A stretch of 63,727 nt of DNA, the filler included, from Octopus bimaculoides (lineage: Eukaryota), in NCBI RefSeq assembly GCF_001194135.2. It is 6 parts of 6 records of this genome, joined end to end, with 100 filler letters (N's around TTAATTAATTAA, not from the genome) between each part and the next. Parts side by side here need not be neighbours in the genome. Positions count along the whole stretch, not along the records: positions 29,092 to 55,850 come from NC_068985.1; 5 more parts are not named here. The stretch is one strand, 5' to 3'. How positions within the stretch are numbered: position 1 is the first letter of the stretch; every line of letters starts with the position of its first letter. Below are positions 36,209 to 50,214 of this stretch, one piece after another. The notes beneath the pieces were generated by a model. That model made no database searches and was not told the origin of the DNA. It saw nothing but the letters and a program-made list of their open reading frames with translations. A program made the translations under genes and the position numbers.

Positions 36209-37578
36209 CAGAAGTGGAGGTGATCAGGAGTTAAGGAACAAGAGAAACAACAATAACAAACTAAACAACAAGAACAATTAACTACCACAATGCTAAACCA
36301 ATTCCTGCACTACTTGAAAACCTCGACACACTCCACTTCTCTCTTGGACCACCCTTGCTGAACCTTAGAACCACAATCCCATTACAATCAACAATGACTA
36401 CCGCTAAATAAGAAATCTGAACTTAAATAGAAATTTTGATTGATTCCTTCACACAAACAGTTCTCTATCCGAAGTCTTGGAGCAGGTTTTAATAACATGA
36501 AGCACCAACACCGACACACCCATCAGTGTTCATGATAATTCAAGTAATTACAATTTCCACTGAACAATTCATAAATAACAAGACTTGTGTGCATGGGTGT
36601 GTATGTGTGTGCGTGTGCGTGTGTATGTGTGTGTAGAGTGTGTGCGTGGTATGCTGTGTGCTGCGTATGAAGTGGGGGGGGGAATGCAAGTCAAAGTTGA
36701 GATAAAATATTTACATTTCTTGAGATAACGCCATATTCTGATTGATATACACACACAGACACACACACACAGATACACACACACACAGAGACAAACGCAC
36801 GCCCACCCGCACACACACATATACAGAGACACACAGACACAGACATACACACACGCATATCTATATTAATGCATGCTTACATATATGCGTGTATAGCTAT
36901 TATTGAATTACGTAAAAGACGCACACACATTCATACACGTGCAACCGTCGATGCGTGTATCTATGTGTATAACTGTATACACAATACAAAGTATGTGAAT
37001 GTATGTATGCATATGGAAATACAATAATATATATGTATATATATATATATATATATACACACACATATATATTTATATATATATAATATATGAATGCGCA
37101 ATTGCATATTTTATAGTACAAAAATTTATGCACTAACATATGCCTGTATACATATGTAATATAAAATATATAATATATACAGTATATACATATGTATCTA
37201 TATGCATGTATATGGTTGAGGACTGTTACTATGTATGTCTACGTATGAACATATTTTTCATACATACTCATATACGCAGTTGTTGTGTATAAATATAGGT
37301 TAATATAAGTAATTGATTTGTATTTAAAATCCTTTTGCCTTGTTGCATCGGTCTAATGCTGTGTCTCAGATCAATATCAGTTAATTAGACTTTATTGATC
37401 AACAACTGGGCATTGTATTTGTTATTGAGAGTGGAAATCAGAGATAAGACGTTATAAGAACAGAATAAAATAATGCAGTTTGTTGGCGATCTTCGCTTTG
37501 CACAAGATATCTTGCACAAGATATTATTTATTGTAGAAATGAGAAATTCTGCATATGTATGTACATCTGCCTGTCTGT

Positions 37579-37638
<60 letters not shown>

Positions 37639-37698
37639 NNNNNNNNNNNNNNNNNNNNNNNNNNNNNNNNNNNNNNNNNNNNNNNNNNNNNNNNNNNN

Positions 37699-37737
<39 letters not shown>

Positions 37738-37751
37738 CAAGCTTGTGTGTG

Positions 37752-38015
37752 AAGGCGCGTGGCCTAGTGGTTAGGGTATTACATTCAGGTTCGCTAGAAT
37801 GTTTGTTCGATTCCCAGTCTTGGCAGCGCGTTGTGTTCTTGAATAAAACACTTCATTTCACATCGCTACAGTTCAGCCAGTTGCAAATGGGCAAGCCCGT
37901 GGCGGAATAACTTTCCGATCAGGGAGAATGCAGGACTTTTCGCTTAGCCAACGGGATGGCGTCATCAGAAAGCTAAAACAATGTGAAGCGCATTGTGACG
38001 AGCGATGTATACCAT
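37752..38015 (+). mobile_element. tRNA-derived SINE (family C-like)
   Basis: GGCGCGTGGCCTAGTGGTTAGGG..GTTCGATTCCCAG..TTGTGTTCTTGAATAAAACACTTCATTTCAC. Confidence 0.8.
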
Positions 38016-39080
38016 CGATACCATGACATGCATGTATGAATGTATGTATGAATGTATGTATGTATGTATTTATGTATGTATGTAATAAATACATACATAT
38101 ATATATACATATATGTACACAAGAGACAATTGACAAGAGTCAATAAACTCGCAACATCGATGTTTGGGATTCCTGATAGATAACAACACTGAACAAACCG
38201 TGTATTTCTGCACCTTTTATCATAAGAGAGATCGGGATTTAAATGGCATAGTTTACATATATGTATGGTAAAGTTAATTTAAAACGTGATACGGGGAAGT
38301 GCAGCATTGACGGCAAAAGATTTATGGAGTAAATGAAGGGCTAATTCGACTAAGCGACATACCATGCGAATGTCTGGAAGATTCCAGGCCCTAACCTTGT
38401 CATAAAAAAGTAGGTGGGGGTGGTATATAATTTTTGAACGCACCAAAAAGCTCTCAGTAGATATACTCTCTTCTGTGGCTGTCGGCGCTGCCGCTACCAC
38501 GCTGAACAATTAGCAGACATAGGAACTACATCTATATGATAAATTAAGCCTGTGAGCGCGCTCAACAGCACCACATGAAATCTACATGAAAGAAATGACG
38601 TGGTAAGGTGGAGGAATTGGCTGATGCTGTTAATGCAGCGCTCCTGGCCAGGCGAATACTACGTTGCTCATCACTTTCCATTGCTCTTGCAGTAGCTCTG
38701 CATGCAGCATCTTGTGATTGCCTAATTGAAGTCTCATGTTACTAGTGGAGGATCGCTTCTTTGGAGACATTATGTCAAGAAATATGACGTAATAAACTAA
38801 GATGACAATTGTACGTTAATAATGAAATGTTAATAAAAAAAGGTAAACAATATCAATATCTCAGCAAATTTAAAAAAAAGTTACTTTGTAAAGATTAACC
38901 TCCTTTCTCCACAGTAGACGTACGCACCCCAGGAAAGGGGGTTTTCTGGTCCCAGGAGTTCCATTACTCATTATGTGAAACATTTTAATAGTTTAACAAT
39001 CTCTGGAACATATGTAATATATGTTCCCAGTTTGAAGAGAATCAGTTGCGAACATCAGAAGTTATGCGGGTTTACACTCT

Positions 39081-39169
<89 letters not shown>

Positions 39170-39170
39170 A

Positions 39171-39208
<38 letters not shown>

Positions 39209-39414
39209 TATATCTCTTTCCTTTTTATTTCTTACTCTTTTCAATGATTTCACTGTGGACAGATATGGCATCACCTTTAATATATTGGTCGATTCTACAG
39301 ACCTTAGTTCGTGTTCCAGTCTGCTATTTATTCCCTCTGTTTACAATTGCACACGAAGGAGTAGAGTTCAGAAACAACTCTAGTTACTTAGTTTAATCAT
39401 AAACGTGTACACAC

Positions 39415-39468
<54 letters not shown>

Positions 39469-39894
39469 GCACAAACAAACCCAATCACATATGGTTTCAG
39501 CGGAAAAAACAGGAGACAACATTTTATCAAACGGTCGAGAAGTTATATAAGTTGTCCAAAACCGCTTCTATGAATCAGAATACGACAGGTGGGAGAAGGT
39601 ACTAGCCCTTTAAAAGTTAAAATGACCTTCGGTCTATGGGGTTCCCTGATTGCTCCTAATTAGAGGGCTACTTGTGTAAGCAGGATATATCATTTATGCA
39701 TTCATACGTTTCTGTGAGTTTCTCACCTTTTTCTCCTCACATTCCATGCATTTTATGCAAAAACCATACACCATGTGTAACTCATCTTTGTAATGACACG
39801 TTATTCTTTATCTGTCGTCCTTGTGGAAAATAAAGGAGATCCTACACTATCCCCTCCTCTTCCTCCTCTTTTCCTCTTCCTCCCCTCCTCCTCA

Positions 39895-39895
<1 letters not shown>

Positions 39896-39931
<36 letters not shown>

Positions 39932-40140
39932 GTTATTATTATCATTATCATTATTATTGTTATTGTTCTTCTTCTTCTTCTTCTTCTTCTTATTGTTATT
40001 GTTATTATTATTATTGTTATTGTTATTCTTCTTCTTCTTCTTCTTATTATTATTATTGTTATTCTTTTTCTCCTTATTCTTCTTCTTCTTCTTCTTGTTA
40101 TTCTTCTTCTTCTTCTTCTTCTTCTTATTGTTATTGTTAC

Positions 40141-40183
<43 letters not shown>

Positions 40184-40304
40184 GTTATTCTTCTTCTTCT
40201 TCTTCTTATTATTATTATTNNNNNNNNNNNNNNNNNNNNNNNNNNNNNNNNNNNNNNNCTTCTTCTTGTTATTCTTCTTCTTCTTCTTCTTCTTCTTATT
40301 GTTA

Positions 40305-40360
<56 letters not shown>
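39896..40360. repeat. (TTA)n/(TTC)n/(TTG) compound microsatellite containing a small N gap
   Basis: Directly visible. Confidence 0.97.
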
Positions 40361-40361
<1 letters not shown>

Positions 40362-40362
<1 letters not shown>

Positions 40363-40580
40363 GGTGGTGAGCTGACAGAATCATTAGCACGCCGGACAAA
40401 ACGTTTAGCGCTATTTCGTCCATCTGCACGTTCTGAGTTCAAATTCCGTCTAGGTCGACTTTGCCTTTAATCCTGGTGGGTTCGATAAAGTACCAGTTGC
40501 GCTCTGGTGTCGATGTAATCGACTAGCCCTCCCTTCCCACAAAAACTTCAGACCTTGTACATATCGTCAAAGGATTATTA
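40362..40580 (+). mobile_element. SINE family B adjoining a TTA tract
   Basis: GGTGGTGAGCTGACAGAATCATTAGCACGCCGG..CTGAGTTCAAATTCCG..GTCGACTTTGCC. Confidence 0.85.
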
Positions 40581-41510
40581 TTGCTGTTGTTGCTATTGTT
40601 ATTCATGTGTTCTTGGTGTTATTAGTGGTGGTGCCACTAGCATTCTTATAATAACCAGGGGCCGATTTAAGCGGCTGTTCCGACCGTCTAAAACTCCTGG
40701 CTGATTGTCTTCGTAAAGAATTAATATCGTTGGCTCGTAATATTCCAAATTAAGCTACGGTTATACTCTCTTTACGTCTAGACATTACACACCACATCAC
40801 CTCTCTCTCTCACACTCGCTCTCTCCCCCCCCCTCTCTCTCTCACACACACGCACAAACAAATCCGCTTACACACACATATAAGATTTAGCAACATTTAC
40901 ATCTACATTCATCCCCAATTCTTTTAGTCACTTCTATAAGTATTGTTTTCATAACATGTCTATTTATTTTGTTTGTTCTATCTGTTTCTCTCCTTATGCT
41001 ATTTTTACAGTTCTAATTACCCATCATTCAAAGAAAAGAACAGAGAAGGATAAGTATATTTACCACTTAACCAATATATACATGTGCGTGTGTGTATGTG
41101 TGTGTGTATGTGCGTGTGCGTGTGTGCGTATTCTTTTTTTTAATTTTCACGAACGAGCACAGTATTCTGTATATGTGTATATGTGATGTGTCTGTATAAG
41201 TATGTGTTTGAATATGTTACAAAAGCAAAGAAAAATGTTTCTGTATCCATCTCATTTTCATATACCTTAACACTGATAAAGAAAACAAACATAAAAGAAC
41301 AATAACTAAAAATAAAAGTAACATACAATAATAATAATAATAATAATGATAAACTGATGAAAGAAACTATCTAATATCTTAAAGATGGTCGTTAACAACT
41401 GAATGACACTTCAGTTAAGGGTGGCAATAATTATGCACACAATTACCTATCTTTAGCACAAAGGAGTGACAAAGAGCGCGAGGGAGAGGATGATAGTAGG
41501 GAGAAGATAT

Positions 41511-41549
<39 letters not shown>

Positions 41550-42119
41550 AGGGAGAAAGTGAGAAAGGAATGGAGAGACAGATGGGTGACGGGATATATC
41601 TAATATAAATATGCAATAGGAAATTCAATATGAATGGGCATAATGAGTTGTTACTTTGAGAAAACCCAAAGCAAAAACAGGGCATAGAAAAAGTAGAAGA
41701 GAGAAAAAATACACATAGTTAATGATGATACACATTTAAATATTTTTCAGAATGATTCCCTAGCAGACCCGCAAAATACATTTTATCAAGGACGAGCTTG
41801 ATAGTGACTGCGANNNNNNNNNNNNNNNNNNNNNNNNNNNNNNNNNNNNNNNNNNNNNNNNNNNNNNNNNNNNNNNNNNNNNNNNNNNNNNNNNNNNNNN
41901 NNNNNNNNNNNNNNNNNNNNNNNNNNNNNNNNNNNNNNNNNNNNNNNNNNNNNNNNNNNNNNNNNNNNNNNNNNNNNNNNNNNNNNNNNNNNNNNNNNNN
42001 NNNNNNNNNNNNNNNNNNNNNNNNNNNNNNNNNNNNNNNNNNNNNNNNNNNNNNNNNNNNNNNNNNNNNNNNNNNNNNNNNNNNNNNNNNNNNNNNNNNN
42101 NNNNNNNNNNNNNNNNNNN

Positions 42120-42186
<67 letters not shown>

Positions 42187-42677
42187 ATTTATATAAATAT
42201 AAATAAAATATTGAATACGTTTTAAAATGTATGGGCTGTTTACGGAGTGCTCATAGAGAGCAACTGCGAGAAAATATAGATTAGAGAAAATTGAAAACGC
42301 AAATCATGTAATTTTATATATTTTTATAATTCTTCTGTATTTTTATATATGTTTGGTTTTATTCTTTATACCATGGAGACTCTTCATACCTGTACATGCA
42401 TGATTTATGCAGATGTGTATAAATATATATGATTCAACTACTTTGATTGAATGTTTCATTTATGCGTTCGGGAATCTGTTGACTGCCTAAGATTTACGTT
42501 TCCAATTTTCTTTTATACACATACATGCATACATACATACATACATACCTACGTACATACATACATACATACATACATACATACATACATACATACATAC
42601 CCACTCACATACATACATGCATACATGCATACATACATACATACATACATATATACATACATATATATATATATATA

Positions 42678-42711
<34 letters not shown>

Positions 42712-42728
42712 CATACATATATACATAC

Positions 42729-42768
<40 letters not shown>

Positions 42769-44017
42769 NNNNNNNNNNNNNNNNNNNNNNNNNNNNNNNN
42801 NNNNNNNNNNNNNNNNNNNNNNNNNNNNNNNNNNNNNNNNNNNNNNNNNNNNNNNNNNNNNNNNNNNNNNNNNNNNNNNNNNNNNNNNNNNNNNNNNNNN
42901 NNNNNNNNNNNNNNNNNNNNNNNNNNNNNNNNNNNNNNNNNNNNNNNNNNNNNNNNNNNNNNNNNNNNNNNNNNNNNNNNNNNNNNNNNNNNNNNATATA
43001 GCAATAAGAAAATGGAGGGGAATAGGTGGTATTCATCAACTTGCAGACATTGTATTGTGTCAATTCACTTGTTTATTTGTTAACTAAGAGGACAATAATA
43101 ACAATATGCAAACACATGCGACATATTATGTCATATCAGTAATTAAAAAAGGACATCTAGTGACCGGAATGGGACAATGACTTACAGCTGTTTCAGTGAA
43201 GGATGACATGCCTCATTCTATCTATATAACTTCAGTAGGCCGAAGTAATTGATAGATGAAATGAATGCAATAGAGGTACATGTATGATTCTCTAGGCCTC
43301 TTCAGAGATTTTATAAAGTTCATAAAGTTAATTTAAAATATCCAAATATAAAAATATTAAAAAAACTCACATTTATATGCATACTTTTACATATATAGAT
43401 ATACATAAATAAACATAAATACATATATGTACATTTAAATGTACATACACAAATGTCTATACATGCAGACCAATGAGTCAATTATTATTAATAATAATGT
43501 ACATAATTCGTAATCTCTAAAATATAGAATTGGAAGAACAACAATATTTTATACTTCAAGTTTTTCAATCGCATAGCGCTTCACGTGTTAGCATCTTTAC
43601 AATAAACCTTTCTACTGTTGCCATATGATCTGAAATTTTGGTGGAGGTACTAGTCGATAAAATCGAGCTCGATACTCAACTGGTACTTATTTTATCCACC
43701 CCAAAGAACGAAAGGCAAAGTTGACCTCTGAGCGATAGACACCATGAGAAAAACCCACATCTCCCCATCATCTCCGGCGCCGAGACCACCAGATCGCGTG
43801 ATTTCGAACTTATTGATCTTATTGGTAATGGGCACTCGACCGCTAGAGATAGCAGCAACTGATCTCTTCGCAAGCGATATACAGAAAATCAGTACCAGAA
43901 TAGGCACTGGTGTAGCGATTAGCCAGTTAGCTTGTTAACATATATATATTATTGACAGAGGCAGTATTAATACCGAAAGGTAATATTTATCCCCACTTGA
44001 ACATAGATGTTCAGTTA

Positions 44018-44171
44018 GATACCATGAGAGAGACTCTCATTACCGATGAGATCAAAGAAAATCGAAATCACGTGACCTGGAGTTAGTGGTGATTTATCCC
44101 CCCCACCTAGTGATATAAACAAGTATGCATTCTGCACCAAAAGCGTATATGAGTGTTTCTCTCATGGTATC
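44018..44171. mobile_element. 154-bp MITE-like element with 14-bp perfect terminal inverted repeats
   Basis: GATACCATGAGAGA (44018-44031) and TCTCTCATGGTATC (44158-44171); a related partial copy in opposite orientation at 43738-43837. No TSD seen. Confidence 0.6.
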
Positions 44172-44780
44172 CACTGCAGAAAAGTTTGTTCTGACAGGAC
44201 ATCCATGTTTAAGTGTGAATAAATATTACCGCTCATAAAATGTTACAGTGACACTGTTGTCATCCTGATTAACATTATGAAAAAATACTAGTGATATGGG
44301 AGAAAGAAAAGAAAGTATTCACAGCAGTGTAAATCAGTTGTTCAGGAGATGTTAGCCAAAAAGAAAAGTATGTCGAATTAATGAGAAATCTACAGATATT
44401 TCATCCATATATCTTTTAGATTTTATACATATTAATTCTGGGGCGATTGGCTATGTAACTAATTGTCTCTCCATAAATATTGAGAAGATGACCTTCGTAA
44501 ACTAGAAAGGACACGGTTAATTAAGAAATTACAATTGCAAACCATAGATAGAATTGCAAATATATGTAAATGATTCCAGATGTTTAACCTTTAGTATGTA
44601 TATTTACTATACGTATAGATATACAGTCATATATGTGCACATACAGAAGTTAAATGATAATAGATCCAGAATTGCAATGACACCTATGTATACACATATA
44701 CACGAGTGCTCACATAACTATATAGACGTGTAATGAATGAATGAGTTAATGTATATATGTCTTTATGAATGTATGTATGC

Positions 44781-44861
<81 letters not shown>

Positions 44862-45199
44862 TGTATGTTTGTGCATATGTATGAATGTATGTATGTATGT
44901 GTGTATGTGTGTATGTATGTGTGTATGCATGTTTCTATATTACTAGATCCTGCATATTTTTTTTAGTCTGTCCTTCGTCTTTGTCTCGCATTAATTGTTC
45001 TTGGCAATTAATATAATATTTCCTTCTTTCCTTTTCCTTCTTTCTTTTTCATTCATATACCTCCTTTCTTCCATTGTTTTCTTCATTTCTTTTTATTTAT
45101 TTATCTGCATCCCATTTATTTTTGTCTACATTGTTCTTTTACATTCCTTTTGGGAATTTTAGCAGCATTCCTTCTCTTCACGGTCTTTCTTTAATTCTT

Positions 45200-45221
45200 T
45201 CAATTAATTTGATATTTCTTC

Positions 45222-45264
<43 letters not shown>

Positions 45265-45480
45265 TTTTTCTTTCATTCATTCATTTCTTCCAATTCTTTC
45301 ATCCATGAATTTATTCTTTTCACCACTCCTTCAATTTTAAATTCATTCATTTCTTTCTCATTACTAATTGTCATTTTCCTACTATTTTCAATCTTACTTT
45401 CTTTTCAGTCCTTCTTTCCTTCTTCCTGCCTCAATCCCTTTCTTTCTTTCTTTCTTTATTTCTTTCTTTCTTTCTTTATT

Positions 45481-45516
<36 letters not shown>

Positions 45517-45560
45517 TTCTTTTCTTTTCTTTTCTTTTCTTTTCTTTTCTTTTCTTTTCT
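45200..45560. repeat. (TTTC)n/(TTTTC)n polypyrimidine tracts
   Basis: Directly visible. Confidence 0.9.
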
Positions 45561-46251
45561 TTGCCTTTCTTTTCTCCCTTTCGTTTACTTTCTTTCTCCA
45601 ATTTCCTCAATCTTTTAATTCATCATTCTTTGTCTCCGCTAATTCAAATTGATTTATTTCAATGCCAATTGTGAACAATATTTCTCAATCAGACGATAAT
45701 GTTGATTAGTTAGAAAATGCCATTTGTAGCATGTCTGTTCTATTAACATCCCAAATTAACCAAAATTTCTCGTTTTCTTTTCTTTTTTTTGTTTTGGTGT
45801 CCTTTTTACAATTACTGTAGCAGTTTAAGTTTCTTTACAGCGACGCATTTGTTCATTATCTAATTTCTTGGAAGACTTCCATTTCCATTTTCATTCACGA
45901 ATTCTATCCGATTGCAATGACGTCATAGTAAGAGCATCTTCAATTTTAAGGAGCTACATTAGACTATTTATTACATCGAACTAAGCACACAGAGCCTCAC
46001 ATTTATAGAAGAGTATGAAATAGATATGAGAAGAACTAGAAGACGTATGCCAGAAGAGTGCCATGATTGAGTGGTTTTTCATACGAGATGTTCCTGCTGT
46101 AGTATTATGAATAAATCATTCAGAGATGGAGTTCCAAAAGAAGAGCTTCTTGGCATAAATGTAACAAACAGCTCCCAAGGGAATGTAGATATAGATGGAT
46201 TAATCGTGTAACAAGATGAGGATGATAATATGGCTATATATTTACGCGCAG

Positions 46252-46403
46252 ACGTAGCTGTGTGGTAAAAAGTTAGCTTCCTAATCACTTGGCTTCGGGT
46301 TCAGTTCTACTACGTGGCACGTCGGACAAATGTCTTCTGCTATAACTCGGGCTGGCCACAGCTTTGTGAGTGGATTTGGTTGACGGAAACTGAAAGAAGT
46401 CCA

Positions 46404-46410
<7 letters not shown>
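46252..46410 (+). mobile_element. SINE family A
   Basis: GTAGCTGTGTGGTAAAAAGTTAGCTTCC..GGGTTCAGTTCTACT..GACGGAAACTGAAAGAAG. Confidence 0.85.
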
Positions 46411-46441
<31 letters not shown>

Positions 46442-47244
46442 NNNNNNNNNNNNNNNNNNNNNNNNNNNNNNNNNNNNNNNNNNNNNNNNNNNNNNNNNNN
46501 NNNNNNNNNNNNNNNNNNNNNNNNNNNNNNNNNNNNNNNNNNNNNNNNNNNNNNNNNNNNNNNNNNNNNNNNNNNNNNNNNNNNNNNNNNNNNNNNNNNN
46601 NNNNNNNNNNNNNNNNNNNNNNNNNNNNNNNNNNNNNNNNNNNNNNNNNNNNNNNNNNNNNNNNNNNNNNNNNNNNNNNNNNNNNNNNNNNNNNNNNNNN
46701 NNNNNNNNNNNNNNNNNNNNNNNNNNNNNNNNNNNNNNNNNNNNNNNNNNNNNNNNNNNNNNNNNNNNNNNNNNNNNNNNNNNNNNNNNNNNNNNNNNNN
46801 NNNNNNNNNNNNNNNNNNNNNNNNNNNNNNNNNNNNNNNNNNNNNNNNNNNNNNNNNNNNNNNNNNNNNNNNNNNNNNNNNNNNNNNNNNNNNNNNNNNN
46901 NNNNNNNNNNNNNNNNNNNNNNNNNNNNNNNNNNNNNNNNNNNNNNNNNNNNNNNNNNNNNNNNNNNNNNNNNNNNNNNNNNNNNNNNNNNNNNNNNNNN
47001 NNNNNNNNNNNNNNNNNNNNNNNNNNNNNNNNNNNNNNNNNNNNNNNNNNNNNNNNNNNNNNNNNNNNNNNNNNNNNNNNNNNNNNNNNNNNNNNNNNNN
47101 NNNNNNNNNNNNNNNNNNNNNNNNNNNNNNNNNNNNNNNNNNNNNNNNNNNNNNNNNNNNNNNNNNNNNNATATATATATATATATATATAGTCAATCCA
47201 AGCAAGAAGAAACAACAACGCGAGGACATGGAATAAGTACAGTG

Positions 47245-47320
47245 TTATTGGACGCTCAAGAAAGGAAAGAAAAGAAAGAGGATTTCACGTTTCGAGCGGA
47301 TCTCTTCATCAGAAATATAG
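47245..47320 (-). ncRNA. Type I hammerhead ribozyme (probably in a Penelope pseudo-LTR or retrozyme-like repeat)
   Basis: Minus strand: TATTT-CTGATGA-A-GAG-ATCCG-CTC-GAAA-CGT-(pyrimidine loop)-GCG-TC|CAATA. Core CUGAUGA and GAAA are intact; stem II GAG/CTC; stem III ACGT/GCGT; GUC cleavage triplet; stem I TATT/AATA. Confidence 0.65.
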
Positions 47321-47388
47321 AAAATAGACCAAAGAAGGGAAGACGGAGAAAGAAAATCGCCAACGAGACACACGCGGTCACATATCGA

Positions 47389-47419
<31 letters not shown>

Positions 47420-48439
47420 ACAAATAATAAATGAGTATATGCATATATACGTACAGGTATGTGTATACCTACGTCTACCTGTATATATAGATGCATATCT
47501 GGGTACAGGACATTGCAAACAAAACCTAGACAAAAAAAATAATAATAACCAGAGTACAGAACACACAGAGGCCACATAGGGAACATTTTCCTTCATCAGC
47601 TACCCCCATTATAACACAGGCGTTTCGAAGAGTAGGGCAGGACGCATCGTTAAAATGGCTCTTCCCATGGGTCACAAATTAAATTTGTATACACAAATTA
47701 AAATGTACCATGGAGGAATGTAGTGGCGGACAGAAAACAAGACAGGAAAACAAACGGAAAAGGCTATACGGCCTGACGTGAAAAAGTATGTGTATGTGGA
47801 ATGCTGTGAAGCAACGAACTGGAAGCGGGACAGTATTTCGCGTGTTTGCTTGGCGATAGCCAAGGAAGAAAAGAATTAGTACGTGGACACATGTGACCAC
47901 GAGGGGTAAGGAAGAGAGAGTGGTAGAGGGAGAAACAAGGGGAGGAAGTAGGAAATAGGTGAGCAACGAGAGAAAGAGAGGAAGAGAGAAATATAGTAGT
48001 AACAGAAGGAAGAACGAGAATCTGAAAGGGGAATATGTTGAATAAAATCATAATTAATTGATCCTCCTGCGTTTTCTTTTACCCTAAGCCAGGAACTTTT
48101 CGGCTACCCACTTTCGCATATACACGAAAAGAAGGCAGATAGCAACAGTTTGTGCGTGCGTGCTTAACTTCCAATGAAGTCCACAACAAGAAAACCTAGA
48201 CGTTGGTACTCTTCAGAGCGAAGTTCTTTGCAATATTTCTTCTCCACCGAATTACACACACACACACACACACACACNNNNNNNNNNNNNNNNNNNNNNN
48301 NNNNNNNNNNNNNNNNNNNNNNNNNNNNNNNNNNNNNNNNNNNNNNNNNNNNNNNNNNNNNNNNNNNNNNNNNNNNNNNNNNNNNNNNNNNNNACGCACA
48401 CCTAACAAACACACGGACGCACAGATACACACTCACATA

Positions 48440-48484
<45 letters not shown>

Positions 48485-48894
48485 CTTTGTAAATTATTAG
48501 AAATGCAGTGAACCAGTGCTAAACCGGTTAGAAGCCTATAACCAGCAAAACTATTGTTTACAAATTGTGATATAAGCATAAAATAATAATAATAATAATA
48601 ATAACAATAACAAAGATCCAGTCCGAGGTGCTATAAATATTGGTTTCCTATGAGTTTTTGATAGGAAAGCTATTTGATCGATTAAATCGATTAAAACATA
48701 TTAGTGACATTTATTTGATCGAATGTACTTACAGGATGAAAGGTAGAGTGATATTTTCATTTGAACTGTGAACAGCCATAAGCGAAAAAATCACCTCCTG
48801 CAGTCCAGCGTGTATAACAGGCTGTAAAAGAGTAAGGTAAGAGAAAGGGAGAGAAAAAGAGAGAGAGAGTGAGAGAGAAAGAGAAAGGGAGAGA

Positions 48895-48933
<39 letters not shown>

Positions 48934-50214
48934 AAAGAGAGTTGAAAAATTGGAAAAAGGTGATGGAGAGAAAAATGAATGAGAAAGCAGGAGAGAGATA
49001 GCGAGAGATGTGAAAGTGAGCGAGAGAAAGCGAGAGAGAGAGCAAGAGAGAGAGCAAGAGAGAGACACAGGGAGCTAGAGATAGAGTGAGATATAGAGAA
49101 ATGCTTGCTTAATAATAGTGAACCTTGAATAAAATGAGAATTGACGAGATATTTTAGAGGTTTAAGCAGAAATGTCAGGTCTTAAGTGAAAAAGGAGGTC
49201 TTGCTTACAAGATCAGTTTTTCTTTCTCTCACGCTTGAAGACTTTTTGCAGAGAAAGAATATTTCAGTAGCTCCGAGCGCAAAATCACATGTATGTGTTT
49301 GTGCGTGCGCGCGTGCTTCTGTGTCTCTGTGTGTGTATGTGTTTTTGTGTGTCTGTATGTGTGTGTGTGTATTTCTGTGTTGTATATGCGTACATATATG
49401 TCTGTATGTATTGTAGGTGGATAGGTACAAATATATATATATATATGTGTATATATTTGCGTATATATACATATGGTACACACTTACACACACATGCACA
49501 CACAAACACACGCACATATGTATATACCATATATACATACTCACCAATACACAAACACATATATATGTGAACATACCATATAAATACACATCAATACACA
49601 CACATATATATTCATATAGATAGATAGAACGTTAGATAGACAGAATCATAAAAGGTTTTAAGCCTAGAAGAATATCTAACAAAAGAATTCACTACCCGTA
49701 TACGGTCAGGTATGTTTACTAATTTCAGGTCTGTCTCTCTCTATACATATATATGTATGTACATTGCGCTTAGGCATTACCAGACTGATAACCTAGTGTA
49801 AAACTGAATATACATGCATTTCAGAATAAAATGTTAGACACGAAAAGAGAGCAGTAATAAGAAAAAACGACGACACAGGAAAAACAATGGTTATGTTATG
49901 AACTTCATTAGTTCACAGCTGTTTCTGTTACAGGTTGCAGTTGAAGGCCTCAATAACATCCTGTAACATCATCGGAGCCTCGAATATGAAGTGCAATTTA
50001 TTTGGGGAAAAAATTACATTTTTTCAATATACAAGGATGGCATTACCAGTGAGGAACTCTTTCCTTATGTATGTGTGTGTGTGTGTGTGTGCACAAAGAA
50101 GGAACTTTAATCAATTATATATTTTCTATTTTTCTGGCAACCTCATGATTCCGGACTCATAGAACTTCTGGTCCTTATCAGCTAAAAACTGAAGCAAGTG
50201 CGGATTTCAGTTCA

